NCBI GenBank assembly: GCA_044892505.1
Contig: CM097883.1
Coordinates: 348,130,001 to 348,194,000 of the forward strand
Length of the DNA: 64,000 nt
Source of the DNA: Schmidtea nova
Taxonomy: Eukaryota
Reading direction: 5' to 3'
The notes beneath the pieces are model-generated. The model ran no database searches. It saw nothing but the letters and a program-made list of their open reading frames with translations, and was not told the DNA's origin. Made by a program: the position numbers and the translations under genes. Below, one piece after another: positions 28,701 to 43,700 of this stretch (its first letter is position 1; every line of letters begins with the position of its first letter).

Positions 28701-31700
28701 TAATCCAAAAATAAATGATCAAGTTGCCCGTTCCACTGATATTTTGAATGTGTTTAAGTAACTGAAGGTTGAATGTTGCGGATTATGTTTGTGGTATTAT
28801 TATGTTTGTTTGTTTGTTTGTAAAAATTTTAATTTTTTTTTAAATTTTAAAATTTGTAAATTTTATGTTGTGTTAAAATTTTATTAAATTAAATTTTATT
28901 TTTAAAATAATACGTATGTTGTTCTATGTATAATGTTTGTTTTTAATTAAATTTTAAAAGATTTTTGTGTAATAAAATAAAATAAATTTTTAAATTTTTA
29001 AATTAAAATTTTGATATGGTATTAAGATGATTTTTATTGATTAATTTGTTTAAATTTTAGCATATTTTCTATTTTATTATTGATTGTCCTGATTGCCTCG
29101 CCTGAAGAAGATTGTTATACAATCGAAATATATCGCGTTTATGTTGAATTTACTGAGTTGGCGTTTTTCTATAATTAAATCATTGCCACGTTTTNNNNNN
29201 NNNNNNNNNNNNNNNNNNNNNNNNNNNNNNNNNNNNNNNNNNNNNNNNNNNNNNNNNNNNNNNNNNNNNNNNNNNNNNNNNNNNNNNNNNNNNNNNNNNN
29301 NNNNNNNNNNNNNNNNNNNNNNNNNNNNNNACAGTCACTAAGTAATTTGAATGAAGATTTTGATCAACTATGTTCACTTAGTCAAAGATTGACAGAAACT
29401 TGCGATGAAAATTATAAAGAAAAGATTGTTGGAGAAGTATTATTTTTTTTGTTTGTAAGGTAAATATTGTTCGATGTTTAGTTGTTGATGATACGGTCGA
29501 GCATAAACGATTTGACACAATATATAGCAAGGGCCAGTTTGCAGACAAAAGCGTCTATTAAAGAAAGGAAAAACCTATTGGAAATGATTGTCAAAGCATT
29601 AGAAAAGCTAAAGTTGATGGCCGATTCGGTTTCAACTCCTGAGAAAGTTGGACTGGAAGTAAAAGATGTCGATCAAAGAATACAATTTTATCAAGTATAT
29701 CATTTTTATTTTATTTTATTTATTTAAAAAGCAATAAAAATAAATGAGTGAAAAATTTTTTTTATTTACAATTATTTGTTATTTCAATTTTAGTTGTTTT
29801 CATATTTTTAAGATAATAGATCAAATTTTTTCATTGGAACACAAATTTCATATCTTGTCTCAAAAATGAAAATATCTAAAATTGTAAATAAATTTAAAGT
29901 TTACCAAAATTAAAGCTGTTTAATTTTTGAACACCAAAGAAAAAAATGTTAGTTGTCCTTTTACACTAGAACTACCAAGTCATTCACATTGGCTGGCTAA
30001 AGATTTATACGGATTCATTCTATTTAAAGTACGTTACAAAGAATAAATGAAGATTTAATTATCAATACTTTCGTCTAACTCAGTGTTATTCAAGCTTTTC
30101 TTCTTAGTGACACACTTGTGAAAATAAGACTTTCACAACATTTTACAAGTTTCTTTTCCATCTAGGATCATTAATTCATGTACAAAAAAAACTTTTTGCT
30201 TTTATGCCATTATATCAAAGAATTAAACTGTTTTTGCACTAATTATTTTTTGGTTTCATCTTTGATCTATTTTTTTAATTCAATAATTTTCAGATTCATT
30301 TTTGTAAGGTTATAAATCAAAATATTTTTTGGTTGATAGGTGCACGATATTTTGGCACTGCCTTTATCAAATATGAATCACGCGTGATAAAAGCTATGTT
30401 AAAATATCGTATGCCTAACAACCGAAAATATTTTTTTTCAATATATTTTAAAATTTTTTGGCTCTTTAAATAGTAACTATCATTAAGATCTCTTGTTTCA
30501 CCTTTGATTTTTTTGCTAAATATTTCAGAAATTTTCATTTTTTTTCAAAAGACTTGATCAAATTATTTTTAAAATGTACACGAATTTTCTACACAGCGTT
30601 TATCAAGTGTAATTTCACATAATTTTTAATACACATATGATAAAGATAATACGGAAAATTCGTTTACGTTTTAGAAAAACTTTAACATTTGATATTCAGT
30701 CTTAAATAATGAAAATATTATGGTGCGTATAAGACTTACTATATTAAAATTTAAGACTTTTCTAATAGATTTTCATATAAAAATAATTTCTTGAATCGGT
30801 TTTTTGAGAAAANNNNNNNNNNNNNNNNNNNNNNNNNNNNNNNNNNNNNNNNNNNNNNNNNNNNNNNNNNNNNNNNNNNNNNNNNNNNNNNNNNNNNNNN
30901 NNNNNNNNNNNNNNNNNNNNNNNNNNNNNNNNNNNNNNNNNTTCGTGATATTAAGGAATTCTCTTAATATTTTAAAAGAAACCATAGATATCTGACAAAT
31001 ATAATATCTGACAACTATATATGTCCCGGTATATGATTCGTCTACTAATTTATCATTTCAAATTTTGAAATCTGTTTGTGAGTTCAAACTTATAAACGTT
31101 TAAACCAACCATGTTCTTTTTGTGTAACTTCATGATGCTTCCTGGGAGCCATTTGTTGGGTTTAAATTTTTAATAAATGTTTATAATGTTATTACAAACA
31201 TATTTTTAATAAATTAAATGTCAATATTTTCGTAGCATACTAGCATTTGAATTCAATACTTTAAAAAAATACATTATTAACAAAAAAAGTTATATTAACA
31301 AGCAAAATTGTAAAGATTCTACACAAATTAATATCTATTATATATAAATGGAACCAGCCAGTCCCTTAGGCTGCGGAATAGTTTAATCTAATAGTTTGAT
31401 GGATAAACATTTACATAAAACCGTGTGTGAACCTCAATGGTGCATTTTTACTTTGAAATCACGAATTTAGCCGTGTCACGGANNNNNNNNNNNNNNNNNN
31501 NNNNNNNNNNNNNNNNNNNNNNNNNNNNNNNNNNNNNNNNNNNNNNNNNNNNNNNNNNNNNNNNNNNNNNNNNNNNNNNNNNNNNNNNNNNNNNNNNNNN
31601 NNNNNNNNNNNNNNNNNNNNNNNNNNNNNNNNNNNNNNNNNNNNATTCATTATTTCACACTGAAATGTCGGGACAGCAGTTTAGACGGCATTGGTCTAAA

Positions 31701-34700
31701 TTTGTAGGACAGAATCCTTAATTTTGATAATTTTGGGTAAAGAATTTCCCCGGTTATTCTTGTGTTAATTTATGATTTGAGAATATCTTTCTATGTTTAG
31801 AAACTGTCGCATCTCGAAAAATGATCTTTATCTTTTCAGTTGCTGAAGGCTCAATTCGTGGATCTGATTGAGCAATCTTCCGAGTGGGTTGAATCTCTCA
31901 ATGATGATTACAAATCAACTGAGGAAATCATTGAACTTGATATCAAGGAAAAAATAGAAAATTATTCTGAATTCAAAGAAATCTTTCAAGAATATCATCC
32001 GAAAAAGATAGCGGCTTTATATGGGGCGCGAGATACGAGAATAAGAATGAGTAGATGCAAGAAAGAAATTACAGATTGGATTGAATCGGCAACGATTTTA
32101 CGGAGCAGGACAGAAGTCGACAGGAGTCTGGGCACTCTAAAGAATTTGGACATTGCGGATAATTTAATGAATCTCGATTTGGGGCATTTAGACAGAGAAA
32201 GTAGTCAATTGAACATGACGTTTGGGAACGGATCATTTTGTCCTTGTGATGAGGCTTTTGAAAAATATAGTTCTCTCTGTGAGAATTTGATTCCGTATGT
32301 TGCGGAAAACGATTCCGCTTCATTGAAAAGTGATTTAGCAAATTTATCTGGTACTATTGGTGAATTGAAGATGTTTAACTACAAATGTTTGGAGAAAATT
32401 GCATTTTTACAAGATCTGTTGAACACATTCAAGGTAAGGACATTTAATTGATATGCATAAATATAACCAAGAGTTAGGCTGATTGTGAGCATTTGGACGC
32501 CCAAATGGACTCAATTGAAATATGTGTCATGAATATCAGTAAGAGCTTGAACGCAGTAGATTCTGAAGGTGAATTGGCACATCAAAACTTTGCTGCCCTC
32601 ACTATGACATCGGATTATATCAGAGATAACCTGACTCCGCGATTGGACAGAATGTTCGAGTCCTGTCAAAAGATGTATACTATTTGTAATCCCGCCAGCG
32701 TCCAAGTCATCATAGATGATTATCAGCATCGAAAGATACGATTGAAAGATATAGAGTCCAATTGTTGTCAGTTAACAGCTTATATTGATGTTAGTCTTAT
32801 GTTGATTATCTTTTTCCTTAATTATCTTATTTTAATTCCATACTTATTGATGTAAATAATTGGTTCTTCTATCAAGCAGTTTGGAAACAGTTTTTACGCT
32901 ATTTCTTAATTCGATTTAATATAAACAGAAAACTGTACACGGCCAGTAGCATAAACATATACTTAGTAGTGACATGTAGTCATAAACTGAAATTAAATAC
33001 ATGCAGATATATCCACACTCATCAAACTTACAAATGAGCACACTTGATTATTTTCGACTATTTCTTATCGAACCACACAAAATTTCATGCGAATGTAACT
33101 CACAAATTGTCTGCATATAGCATACTCAATTTGGAAATGATGTAAAAGCCGTCACTATATTCAAGACACCCTTTCTAAGTTATTTTTAAGACTCCTTTAC
33201 CAACAATATACGTTGATTAAGAATTGACGGTTTTATGTGATTTTTGTAGTATATTTTAAAAGACAATAATTTTAACGAAATAAATAATTTATTGTTAATT
33301 AAATATTTTTTTAAAATAATTTTTTTTCATATTTGTTTAATATGACTGACTAAACTATTTCTCATTGTAGAGAAAGTAAAAACGTTACTTTATTTTCGTA
33401 TTAAGAGTCAGCAAATTATGTTTTTTTTTAATTAATTTCCTTGTTTTTTATTTATTTTACAAATTTAAAATAATTCTAAATAAAAATGAAAATTTTATGT
33501 TTTACTAATAAAAATAATTTTTTGAGTAATCGGAGCCCCATCTTCCAGCGTTACAGATATTTATTACATTTTTAATTCAACTATTATTTATAATAATAAT
33601 ATATTTTTGTAAAAATTTATATATTACTTATATTAATCNNNNNNNNNNNNNNNNNNNNNNNNNNNNNNNNNNNNNNNNNNNNNNNNNNNNNNNNNNNNNN
33701 NNNNNNNNNNNNNNNNNNNNNNNNNNNNNNNNNNNNNNNNNNNNNNNNNNNNNNNNNNNNNNNNNNNNNNNNNNNNNNNNNNNNNNNNNNNNNNNNNNNN
33801 NNNNNNNNNNNNNNNNNNNNNNNNNNNNNNNNNNNNNNNNNNNATATAAATATTTTTTAACCAATAGAATCAATTGAAATCCAAAACCACTGAAGACCTT
33901 CTGAACAATCGAGTAAGGATTGAATTGGCTGATGCGTCAAAAGCGATTTGGTCGAATGAATTTATAGAAAAAGAATCGTCTAAACATATTTTGAACAACA
34001 TTGAGGATATAAAAGTAATTTTTGTATTAAATTTATAATTAAATTTAAATAGTGATTAATAATTACGTAGATAAGAGAAAAAGATTTTATTGTAAGCCAT
34101 TCTAATTGTTTTTGTTTACTAGTTTTGTTTATATATATATATATATATAATATGAAATGAAACGCCCACCTTATGAATCAGATCCATCATTCCGTGGCAT
34201 GTACTCCTTCAAAATCACATTTACAATGGTTATCCCAATTCTAGTGTTTTCCATGTTCTATTTATAGTGTATAATTTCTTTATCTTTTTTTTTGTTTTAT
34301 AACAAATTTATCTTTTAAATGATCTTTCCGCATCACTTCCAATTTTAATCAAAATATCTTATGGGTATGACAATATGTTTATTCAAGATGTTTATGATTG
34401 TTTATGACAAGATGTAGATCCCTGAATGATAATGCGCTTCATTAGCAGATTTATAATTACTAAATTGTATTAGCAGTTAATAGTTGACTATCTTGATAAT
34501 GATATTATTTAGAGCCACCAAAGAATTCTCACAGATTTGGAAGAGACAATAACTCTTAATTGCAATCTTGAAGATTATCTCCAGACTGGACCTCAGCAGT
34601 TAATATTTGAAGAAATTGAAAAGTTTATTTAATATTTGTTTATTTCTGTATTTTTTGTACATTAAAAATGCTTGATAAATGCAATTTAGCTAAATGAAAC

Positions 34701-37700
34701 TTTCAGTGATTTTTAATTTTCATTGTGAAATGTAATGCTGAAAGCGATATTTTATATTAAAAATTTAATTAACAAATAAAATGAAAAATAATAAAATCCC
34801 AATGAATGAATGAGTCAAATCTTTGTTGAGCGGCGCAAAAAATCGACAGAAAAAATTTTTGTTAGAAAAAAAATTAAATTTGTATTTTTTTATTTAAATA
34901 AAACTACCTTATTATCTTGATTTTAGCGAAAACATAGTGGCAACAGATTTGCACGTAGCGAAATTAAAGATTTTGTGCGAATTTTAATCAAATATATCTG
35001 ACTACACTGTTCAATTATGAAATTTCTTTGAATGATGAAATTTAAAACTTTTAAATTGTTTCATTTTCTAGGGAAAATAATATCGTATTAAAACAAAAGT
35101 GTATTTTTGAAGCAAGTTATGTTTACTGAAAAAAATATTTATTGGCAAACTTTTAATTTTGAAATCTGTTTTTGTAAGATCAAATTCATTTTTGTATCTG
35201 AAATTGGAAAAAATTATTTTTAATTAAAAATGAATAATAATAATGAGTGTAAAAGTTGTATAAATAAATAAGAAAATTAAGAACACTGGAAACTAGATTA
35301 AATATTTTGCGGCGCTTTGAGGATGGATAAAGGGCTGTTGATATTGCTAGAGCACTCGGACTGGAACAGTTTTTTTATTTAGGATTGAAACAAATCTTTC
35401 GTATTTTAGTACAACTCCATACAAAAGTTTATTTTGAATTGTGACTTTTCGTTTGCGACGAATTTTTTGGAAACCAATTGTCCTCGAAAGTTGTTTATGC
35501 AATATTGAGAATAAATAAAATTTAGTTGAATTTATTTTTGAATTATTTGTATTTTCATCGATGTTATAAATACTAGGAGTTCTGAAAATAGAAGCAACTC
35601 TAATACTCGATAAACACATCTTGCAAACACGTATTGTAATAAGCTATATTTACAAATTTTGTAACATTTCTATGGCATCAACTTATTAGAAAGTCATAAT
35701 TATTGGTAAAATTTAAATTTAAAATCTTTATTTTCGTTACTTATTTTTCAAGTGCGTTTATTTTCATTTTTAAAACAATAAATCAAAATACAAGTAGATT
35801 GGTTTCTCAAAAATGCCGTGTAAATCGAAATCGTGTAAATTGAAACCGTACAATTAGTAATTAAATATATATTTTATTGAAAAAATATGTGTTGAATCTA
35901 AAGTAAAAGAATAAATATTAAAAATTTCTTTTTAATAAAGTTAATATATTTTGATATTATATGCGGAATTTTTACGCATTTCATCAATCGTGTTAAACCG
36001 AAACCGTGCAAATCGAGGGCTAAGTGCATTTAAATGCTAAGTATTTTTTATTCAAGAATCAATGTAAAATATAATTATCTATCGGTAGAATAAACGAATA
36101 GTGTGGTTTTAATTACATTCTAAATAATATATTTTTCTCCGCAGTAAATTATTTTAAAAATTGTAAAAACTCTTGAATAAAAATACTTAGCATTTAGTAA
36201 AAATAACACTTAGGAATTAAATCATTCCCTTAAAAAATTCTTTGTTTCCTAAACAAGAACTTTAGGCGCTGTTTTTTTTCAAGTATTTATTTTCAATAAA
36301 AAAACTTGAAATGGGCAGTGCTGAATATTTGTGTTGTTTGAGAAAAAAGAATTTTTTTTTGTCTTAAAAATGAAAATATATATAATTATTGATGTTAAAT
36401 AAATTTCAAAATCATATTTTCTTTCTAGTGGGTGTTTGAATAATTTACATTCATGTTAAAAATATTATTTTACCTCCTAAATAGAATTTATAAATGGTTC
36501 ATAATTAAATGCAAACTAAATAATTCGATTTTGCACACTATAAAATTAATAATTGCACACTATAAAAATGATTTTTGCACACTATAAAAAGATTTTCGCA
36601 CACTATATTTTGCACACTATAAAAATAATTTTTGCACACTAAAAATACTTTTTGCACACTAAAATTAATTTTTGCACGCTATATTAAAACTTCTGTTAAA
36701 TAGATTTTGCTCACTATAAAATTAATTTTTGTAAATTATATTTTGAAATCAATGATATTTTTTTTAAACTACTGTAATCTTTGTTTTGTAAAATATGCGA
36801 TAAATTATTACAGTGCTACATCAACATGAAATGATTTGAAATTCAAAAAACATATAATACATGCAATATTTACGTAATTAATTGATTGAAGGTTTTTGAA
36901 TAATTTCTGAAAAAACGATGTAGAGAGCAATACACTTGGAAACTTGTTTCGAATTTAGCCGTTTAAACGCATTCTTTTTTAATTTAAAATGAATTTTGCA
37001 TTAAATTTGATTTCTTCGACGTTTAGCACATTTTCATTAAATGTATAAAAATTCGAAAAATCCAACGAAATTTATTTCACAAAGTTGCATTTCACAAGCT
37101 TTCTTTGGATAAGGTTTCATTATCGATATTTTTTAATTTTGTTTTGATTTTTTTATATATTTTTAGGGTGAAAAACAGTATGAATTTGTGCTTGTTGAAG
37201 TGTGAAGATGAGGTGGAATTCAGAAATCAAATTAGCCAATTTATAAAACAAATTGCACCCACTTTATCCGACCTAAATGAATCCTTCAATCATCCAATCA
37301 AAGCCAAGCAGCTGTTGGAAATAGCTGGCACTTTTCGCAATATTTCCCAAAGAGTTCATCAATTTCAAAACGACGTAAAACAGCATTATCAATATGGCAA
37401 CCATCGAAATGCTGCAATTCTTTTCGATGTCATTCAGACGTGTCAGGGTGTGAAGTCAAAAATTCAAAGTGCTTTGGAAGGTACAGAAATGGACACTGTT
37501 GAGTCGGATATTCTTTTGAACATTATTGGAATGATTAGTGAGTTCGAGGAGGATGAAATTATGGCTACTCAATTGAAGGACGAAGATCACATATCCGATA
37601 TGTCTATTCAGTCGAGCCTATCCGATACGGATCATCAGGCCGTTGTCATTGATTGGCTGGAGTCGGCTAATCAAATATTGAAAGATTCCTATTTTGAACG

Positions 37701-40700
37701 TGTCGATGATTTGGTTTTGAAAATTGAAGAGTCGAATGAGCTATTGAAATGGGATATCAATAAGAACATTGAAAAAATTCTCCAAGGTTCTGAAAGTTCA
37801 GAAAAATCTATAGAATTCATTGATGAATATCGTAATACACGTGAAAATTTACATCGGAGTCTCAATGACCTTATGTTGAAATCGACAAAGTATCACGAAT
37901 GTGTTATGGCTGCACATAAATGTTTGCAGTGGTTGGATGCCAGTGACATTGATAGGACAGATGTTGAGGGGAAAGCAAAGAAGCTGGAAAGGTGCATCAT
38001 GGAAAAGGAAAATATTGAACAGTTATTATCAAACTTGCAAGACGGCGGCTATTTCAGAGCAAAACCAGTAATTACAGAAAACGTTCTATCAAATTTAAAT
38101 GCTGAAATAGCACAATTATGTGATCAATCCGTAACAGTGAGTATCTTTTTATTTTAGCTATCAAATATGTATATATAATAACACTGTCTGTCCGTCCACA
38201 CATCCCAACATTATTTGACTATACCTAATTTTAGTTAATAATAAGTTTAGTTAATAATTTATGATTTTTTTTAAAAAAAAAGATTTATGTTTTTATATTT
38301 TTTAAAAAATGAAAAATTTTATGTGTAAAACTTTATTAAAAAATTGAATTTTGATACAATTTGAGGATGATTATTATTAATTAATTTGTTTGAATATTTA
38401 GTATTTTCTATTTATTATTGATTCCTGATGCTTGCCTGAAGATGACTGTTATTCGGTCGAAATTAATCGCATTTATGTACAATATAATTAGTTAGCGTTT
38501 ATATATTATTAAATCATAGCCATGTTTTTTTGATTAATAATAATAATAGTAATAATTATTATTATTACAGGAAACCCTCGTTTAACGAGGTTTACTGGTT
38601 CCGCGTTATCTAAAACCGGATTAAATAATAAAAATTTACATATAATAAAAAAATTATAATAAGAAAAGAACGTAAAAATTTAATTATATTTTGAAAAAAA
38701 TTATCTAAATTTTAAAATCCGTGTTCTCAAAGTACCGCGTTATTTTTATTGTTGATTATGTTTTTTAATTTTTAATATTTAATTAATGCCACTATCAGGA
38801 ATCCGCAATTTATATTTTTGGTATTATTATGATTATTATTATTTTGATTATTATATGAATAATATAAATATTTTTATACCAATTACGAACTGTTTTAGTA
38901 ATAAATATTTATAATTTGTTAATATGGATTGAAAAATTTTGACCCATAACTATTTTATTTTTGATTCCAGTGTTAAAATATTGAGCGTAAGTTTGTGATT
39001 CATTGTATAATTGATTGAAAATTAAGAAAAAATTAAATTTTCCTATGACTTTTAATTTTAATCGACAGTATGAACATCAACTTTTCTCTTTTGGATGATT
39101 TATAATAGTGATTTTGATTTTACCTAATAACTTTTCATTTTAAAACTAGAACTTCCGGGGAAATTTTATTACTCAAAACCACTGATCGGTCAAATAGACA
39201 GATGATTTATATTGTCGCATATATAGTTTCATTTAAAAATTTATACGATATTGTTGGTAATTAAATCTTCATTTAATTTTTTAATTTACTATCTTTAAAT
39301 AGAATAAATCAACATAAATATTTAGACACTCAAAATGACTAACCTTGTAATTCTAGTATAAATGGGAAATCTGATTTTTTATTTCATTATTTTCTGAAAA
39401 TCGACTTTCTTATATCGAATGATGCATAATTTATTTTAAATGAATTTAATTTACTGATTTCAAGTTTTGTCTAATAGTCATGCTAACGGTAACTAAATTT
39501 GGAAACCATATGGTTTATTGGATTTACACGAAATTATTATTTTCTAGCCCGCAATATTACTGTCTCGTCAGTCTATGTTAATGGGTATTATGTCATTCTT
39601 CATTTTAATGCCTTTTCTATGGAATTTATTTCTTAAAACATCCCCTATTTTATAGGATACTATGAATTCTTGTAAACTATAATTGCATGAACTTTTCGGA
39701 AAACTAATAAATGACGGAAATGCAAATATCATAACAATCCAAAATATAACACAAATATTTAATAAATAGGGTGACCTTGACATTTATTAAGTTTTCATTA
39801 ACGTGTTTTATTTTAAATTGATTAATTTTATTTTTTAAATATTTATAATTTCGTCTGAAAAAATCTTAAAAAACTAGTTGAAGTTGAAAAGTCAGGTTGA
39901 ATATTTGATAGGAATTACAAAATAAGATTAGCATAAGGAATAATGAGTGTAGTTGACGGATTCAGAATAGTCAATTTTTGATTCATTTCTCTCAGGGCTT
40001 TATTTATCCATTAAAATATCTATTCAATGTGACACTTATCGATAATTTACTGTATATTATTATTTTTTTATTAATATTAATTATTATTAATTGACTATTT
40101 TATTTAGAAAACAAAAACGTTTGATTATAATGAAAGCAGTTTTCCTAATTTAATAAAGAAACCTGTATCATTTGATATTAACGATGACACGTACGAAGAA
40201 TATTTACAAAGAAATTATGATAATCACGGAGATTCCAGTTCGAAAGATTTTAGTGAAATTCCTTTTAAGAAACTGAAAACAAATGAATTAAGTGTCAAGA
40301 CTTCAGAATCAATGTTAATAGAAGACACGTCAATTAGATTCAATCTAGACTCTTCGGCCAAAGTTACAGATTCAAGATACAATTCTAATGAATGCAACAG
40401 TGAAAATAATGCCCCGTTGTCAATTGGGATAGAGGGTGGTGATGAATCAAGGCTGTCCTCCCTTGGTAACTATTCGAGCACTGAGACTGAGTCCATTTGT
40501 ATTGAATCGAATGATTCTGACAATGAAGATGAGGATAATGAAAACAAGATCACTACAAGCAATGTCAATGATCTGTACTTCACTCCGTTGCAGACAAATG
40601 AGGACTTTGTCCCTGACAATAAAAAAGACAATTGTGATATGTCAAACAAAAAACTATTAAATGCAAACAACAATGCCGTAGAAAGCAAACATGAAAATCC

Positions 40701-43700
40701 GATAATGGAATTGCAAATTTTCGAAAACTCTTCGGAATATGAAAAGAATGAAGATAAGTCTGTCTTTTTGGATACTTTGTCTGTGGAGGTTGATTCGGCT
40801 GAGTTGCTGAATGCTACTGAAAACGTCGAAAATGAAAATGCTTATAATCAGGAATTTGAAATTTCTGGCCAGGAAAGGTTACCAAATGAAGACAAAGGTT
40901 TGGAGGCACATATAACGAAAGAAGTCATGGATCTCATCAAAGATAAATCAGAATTTCAAAAGGATTTCAGCAACATTTCTGACAATAATCAAGTAATCGA
41001 GGAGGAATTCACTGACGAAATGTTGACACTAAGGGATAATTTGTTTTATTCTGAAGATGAAGAGGATATCATTTCACTCGAAGAACCAATCGAGTGTGAA
41101 TTCATTCCGCCGACAAAGCAGTCAATTGGATTTAATTTTGCATTGGAAAATACTGACGATCCAGATATAAATAAAGAGTTTTATAACGAAGAAGATCTTT
41201 CTTCTCACTTTAAATTTTCTGAAACTGATAGAAAGGAAATTTCTAAGGAAGACCTTGACAAACCAAATGAGAATGAAACTAGTGGTAATCAGAAACTTAC
41301 AGTAGAAATAGGTACGCTTTTATCAAATAGTGAATTAAATGCGGAAAATAAACGAGATCTAGAAGAATTAATTGAAAATGATAGCCATTTGGCTGTTGAG
41401 CCCATGGATCCTCGAGGAATTCTATTAGAGAATCTTATTACCATATCTGAGATCAAGGCTCGTGTGGACAATCTGGATAGTAGGGAACTGGATATTGAGG
41501 AAGATGTCCAAAAGACCGGAAATGTGATTCCTGTAACTAGTAAAGAAAATTTGGAACTCATTGAAAAAAATCAAAAATCATTGAACAAGAATTCTTTGAT
41601 GATAATAGACGATTGTTCTGAAAGGTCAGAAGATCTATTTGATGGTAATCCTGACAATTTGATTGGATTTCTGAAATCTCCATTAGAAAGTCTGAAACCT
41701 ATGACAGAAGAAGCTTTTTTTGTAAACACTGAAAAGCCAAACGATAAATCTGATACTGTTAAAAATGACGAGGAATTTATTTTGAAAGATCAGGAGTCTT
41801 TGATCGCAATAGAAAATTCCCCTGAAATTCCATTGAAATCAACACCTGAAAAGAATACTTTAGAAAGCGTTAAAATAAAGCCGATTTGTCCGGTAAATGA
41901 AATCATAAGTTCTCAGGAGATTGAAAGTAGAAGAAATATGGAGCTCATTGGGACAAATCAGAAGTCATTGGATGAGAATCTTGAAAAGAAGTCAGAAGAT
42001 TCTTTAGATGAAATTAAGGATAAGAATTCTAAATCGAGCAATGACGATGCATTTACAATTCTCAAATCTTCTGATAATGAGGAGCAAATAGATTCTTCTA
42101 TTAAAATGAACTTGCCTGGAGAAAGTATCAAACCTATTACAGAAGATACCTTTGATGTTAATAAGAATGACGATGAATTTAAAATGAAAGATCAGAAATC
42201 TTTGGTCACAATAGACGATTCCTCTGAAATGTCATTGAAATCAGCACCTAAAAAGAATATTTTTGAAAATGTTAAGATTATATGTTCTCAAGAGGTTGAA
42301 AGTAAAGTTCCTGAAGAAATGAATGAACTTACAGAGGAAAATTCAATTTCTAATGGGAAAGACAAGCAAAGTGCATTTGAACCAGATATTGTATCAGGCA
42401 ATATTCGACCTATACAAGATCCAGATATGGGAAATAAAAGCGGTCTTATTGATGATAAAGATCAAAATAATGATGAAACTAATGATTCCAATTATACAAA
42501 CAAGTCAGTAAGAAGTTCTAGTATTTTACCAGGACAAGCAAGCACAATTGAAAATGAGATTCCTATTGATGGCAAAAGGAATGTGGAACCCATTGAAAAA
42601 GGTGAAAAGTCAATAGATGAGAATCTTTTGATATCAATAGACAATTCTTCTGAAAAGAAGTCCGAAGATTCTTTAGGCGAAATTAAATATAGTGCTTCTG
42701 AATTGAGTGATCTCAACAATGTATTTGCAACACGTAAATCTGCTGTTAACAGCCACCATTTGGAGGGACAAATAGAGGAAGATCAGGAAATGGGTACATT
42801 GATAATCGGTTCAATAGATGCTAAATTGGAGCATATGACATTGTTGAATGCCGAATGTACTGATTCTGACTATAATACCGCAACCATGACTGTTGATCCT
42901 TTCGATACTGACAACGTGTCATATTCATCAAACCCATATGAAAATGACATGTTTTCTGATATTTCTACGACTACATCCAAAATAGAATATCATATACAAA
43001 ATAGCAAACCCTTAATAAAAGAGGTTGACCCTGTGATCTCTGGTATACTAGAGGATTTCTATAATGAATCTGATAACAAGGATGATGATACTTTAATATC
43101 AAGTGATTTTGAAAAGGAGAAGAATTTTCTTATGAAAGATCAGAAATACTTGATAACAGAAGAGCTGCATGAAGTTTCATTGATACCAACCCCTGAAAAG
43201 AAACCATTGACAAATATTGAGTTAAACCTTGATGAGATAATAAATCCCCAGGAAGTAGAAAGTAAATTTCCCGAAGAAATAAAGGATATAACAGAATCAG
43301 ATTCGAATATCAAAGGTGAATGCATTACTATTAATATTCCTAAGGAAATCTTTGTTGACAATGAAAATTTAAAAAATCCAGATGGAGTAGATAACAACAG
43401 TTATGTTGAGGAAGAAGTTCAAATTCAAGATCATACTCTTGATCCCAATGATACAGATACGTCATTAAGGCTTACAAGTATTTTACCAGGATACGTTTAC
43501 CAGGATGTAAATGTAAAGGATGATATTCAACTCACTGAAAGTCATAGGAGGTCATTGCAGGATAACCCTTGTACGATAACAGATAAGCTACCAGGAAAAG
43601 ATCTGACTGGTCTATGTTTGGAAATTGAAGATATGAGTTCTAAATTGACAAATGAAGACACTTTATTGGGAATGCGTAGATCTTCAGCCGCCGATAGTAA

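Larger units (their letters stand above)
28009..29176. mobile_element. Penelope-like element 3' end duplicated as an inverted pseudo-LTR pair (1.17-kb palindrome)
   Basis: Arms 28009-28583 and 28601-29176 are reverse complements with about 3 mismatches seen and a 17-nt spacer. Each arm encodes DFKIISKGLSNYWERVTCEALLIRYFNPKINDQVARSTDILNVFK*, matching the C-terminus of the Penelope GIY-YIG endonuclease (R..EAL.I...P.IN.Q), followed by a UTR with a hammerhead motif. Confidence 0.85.
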
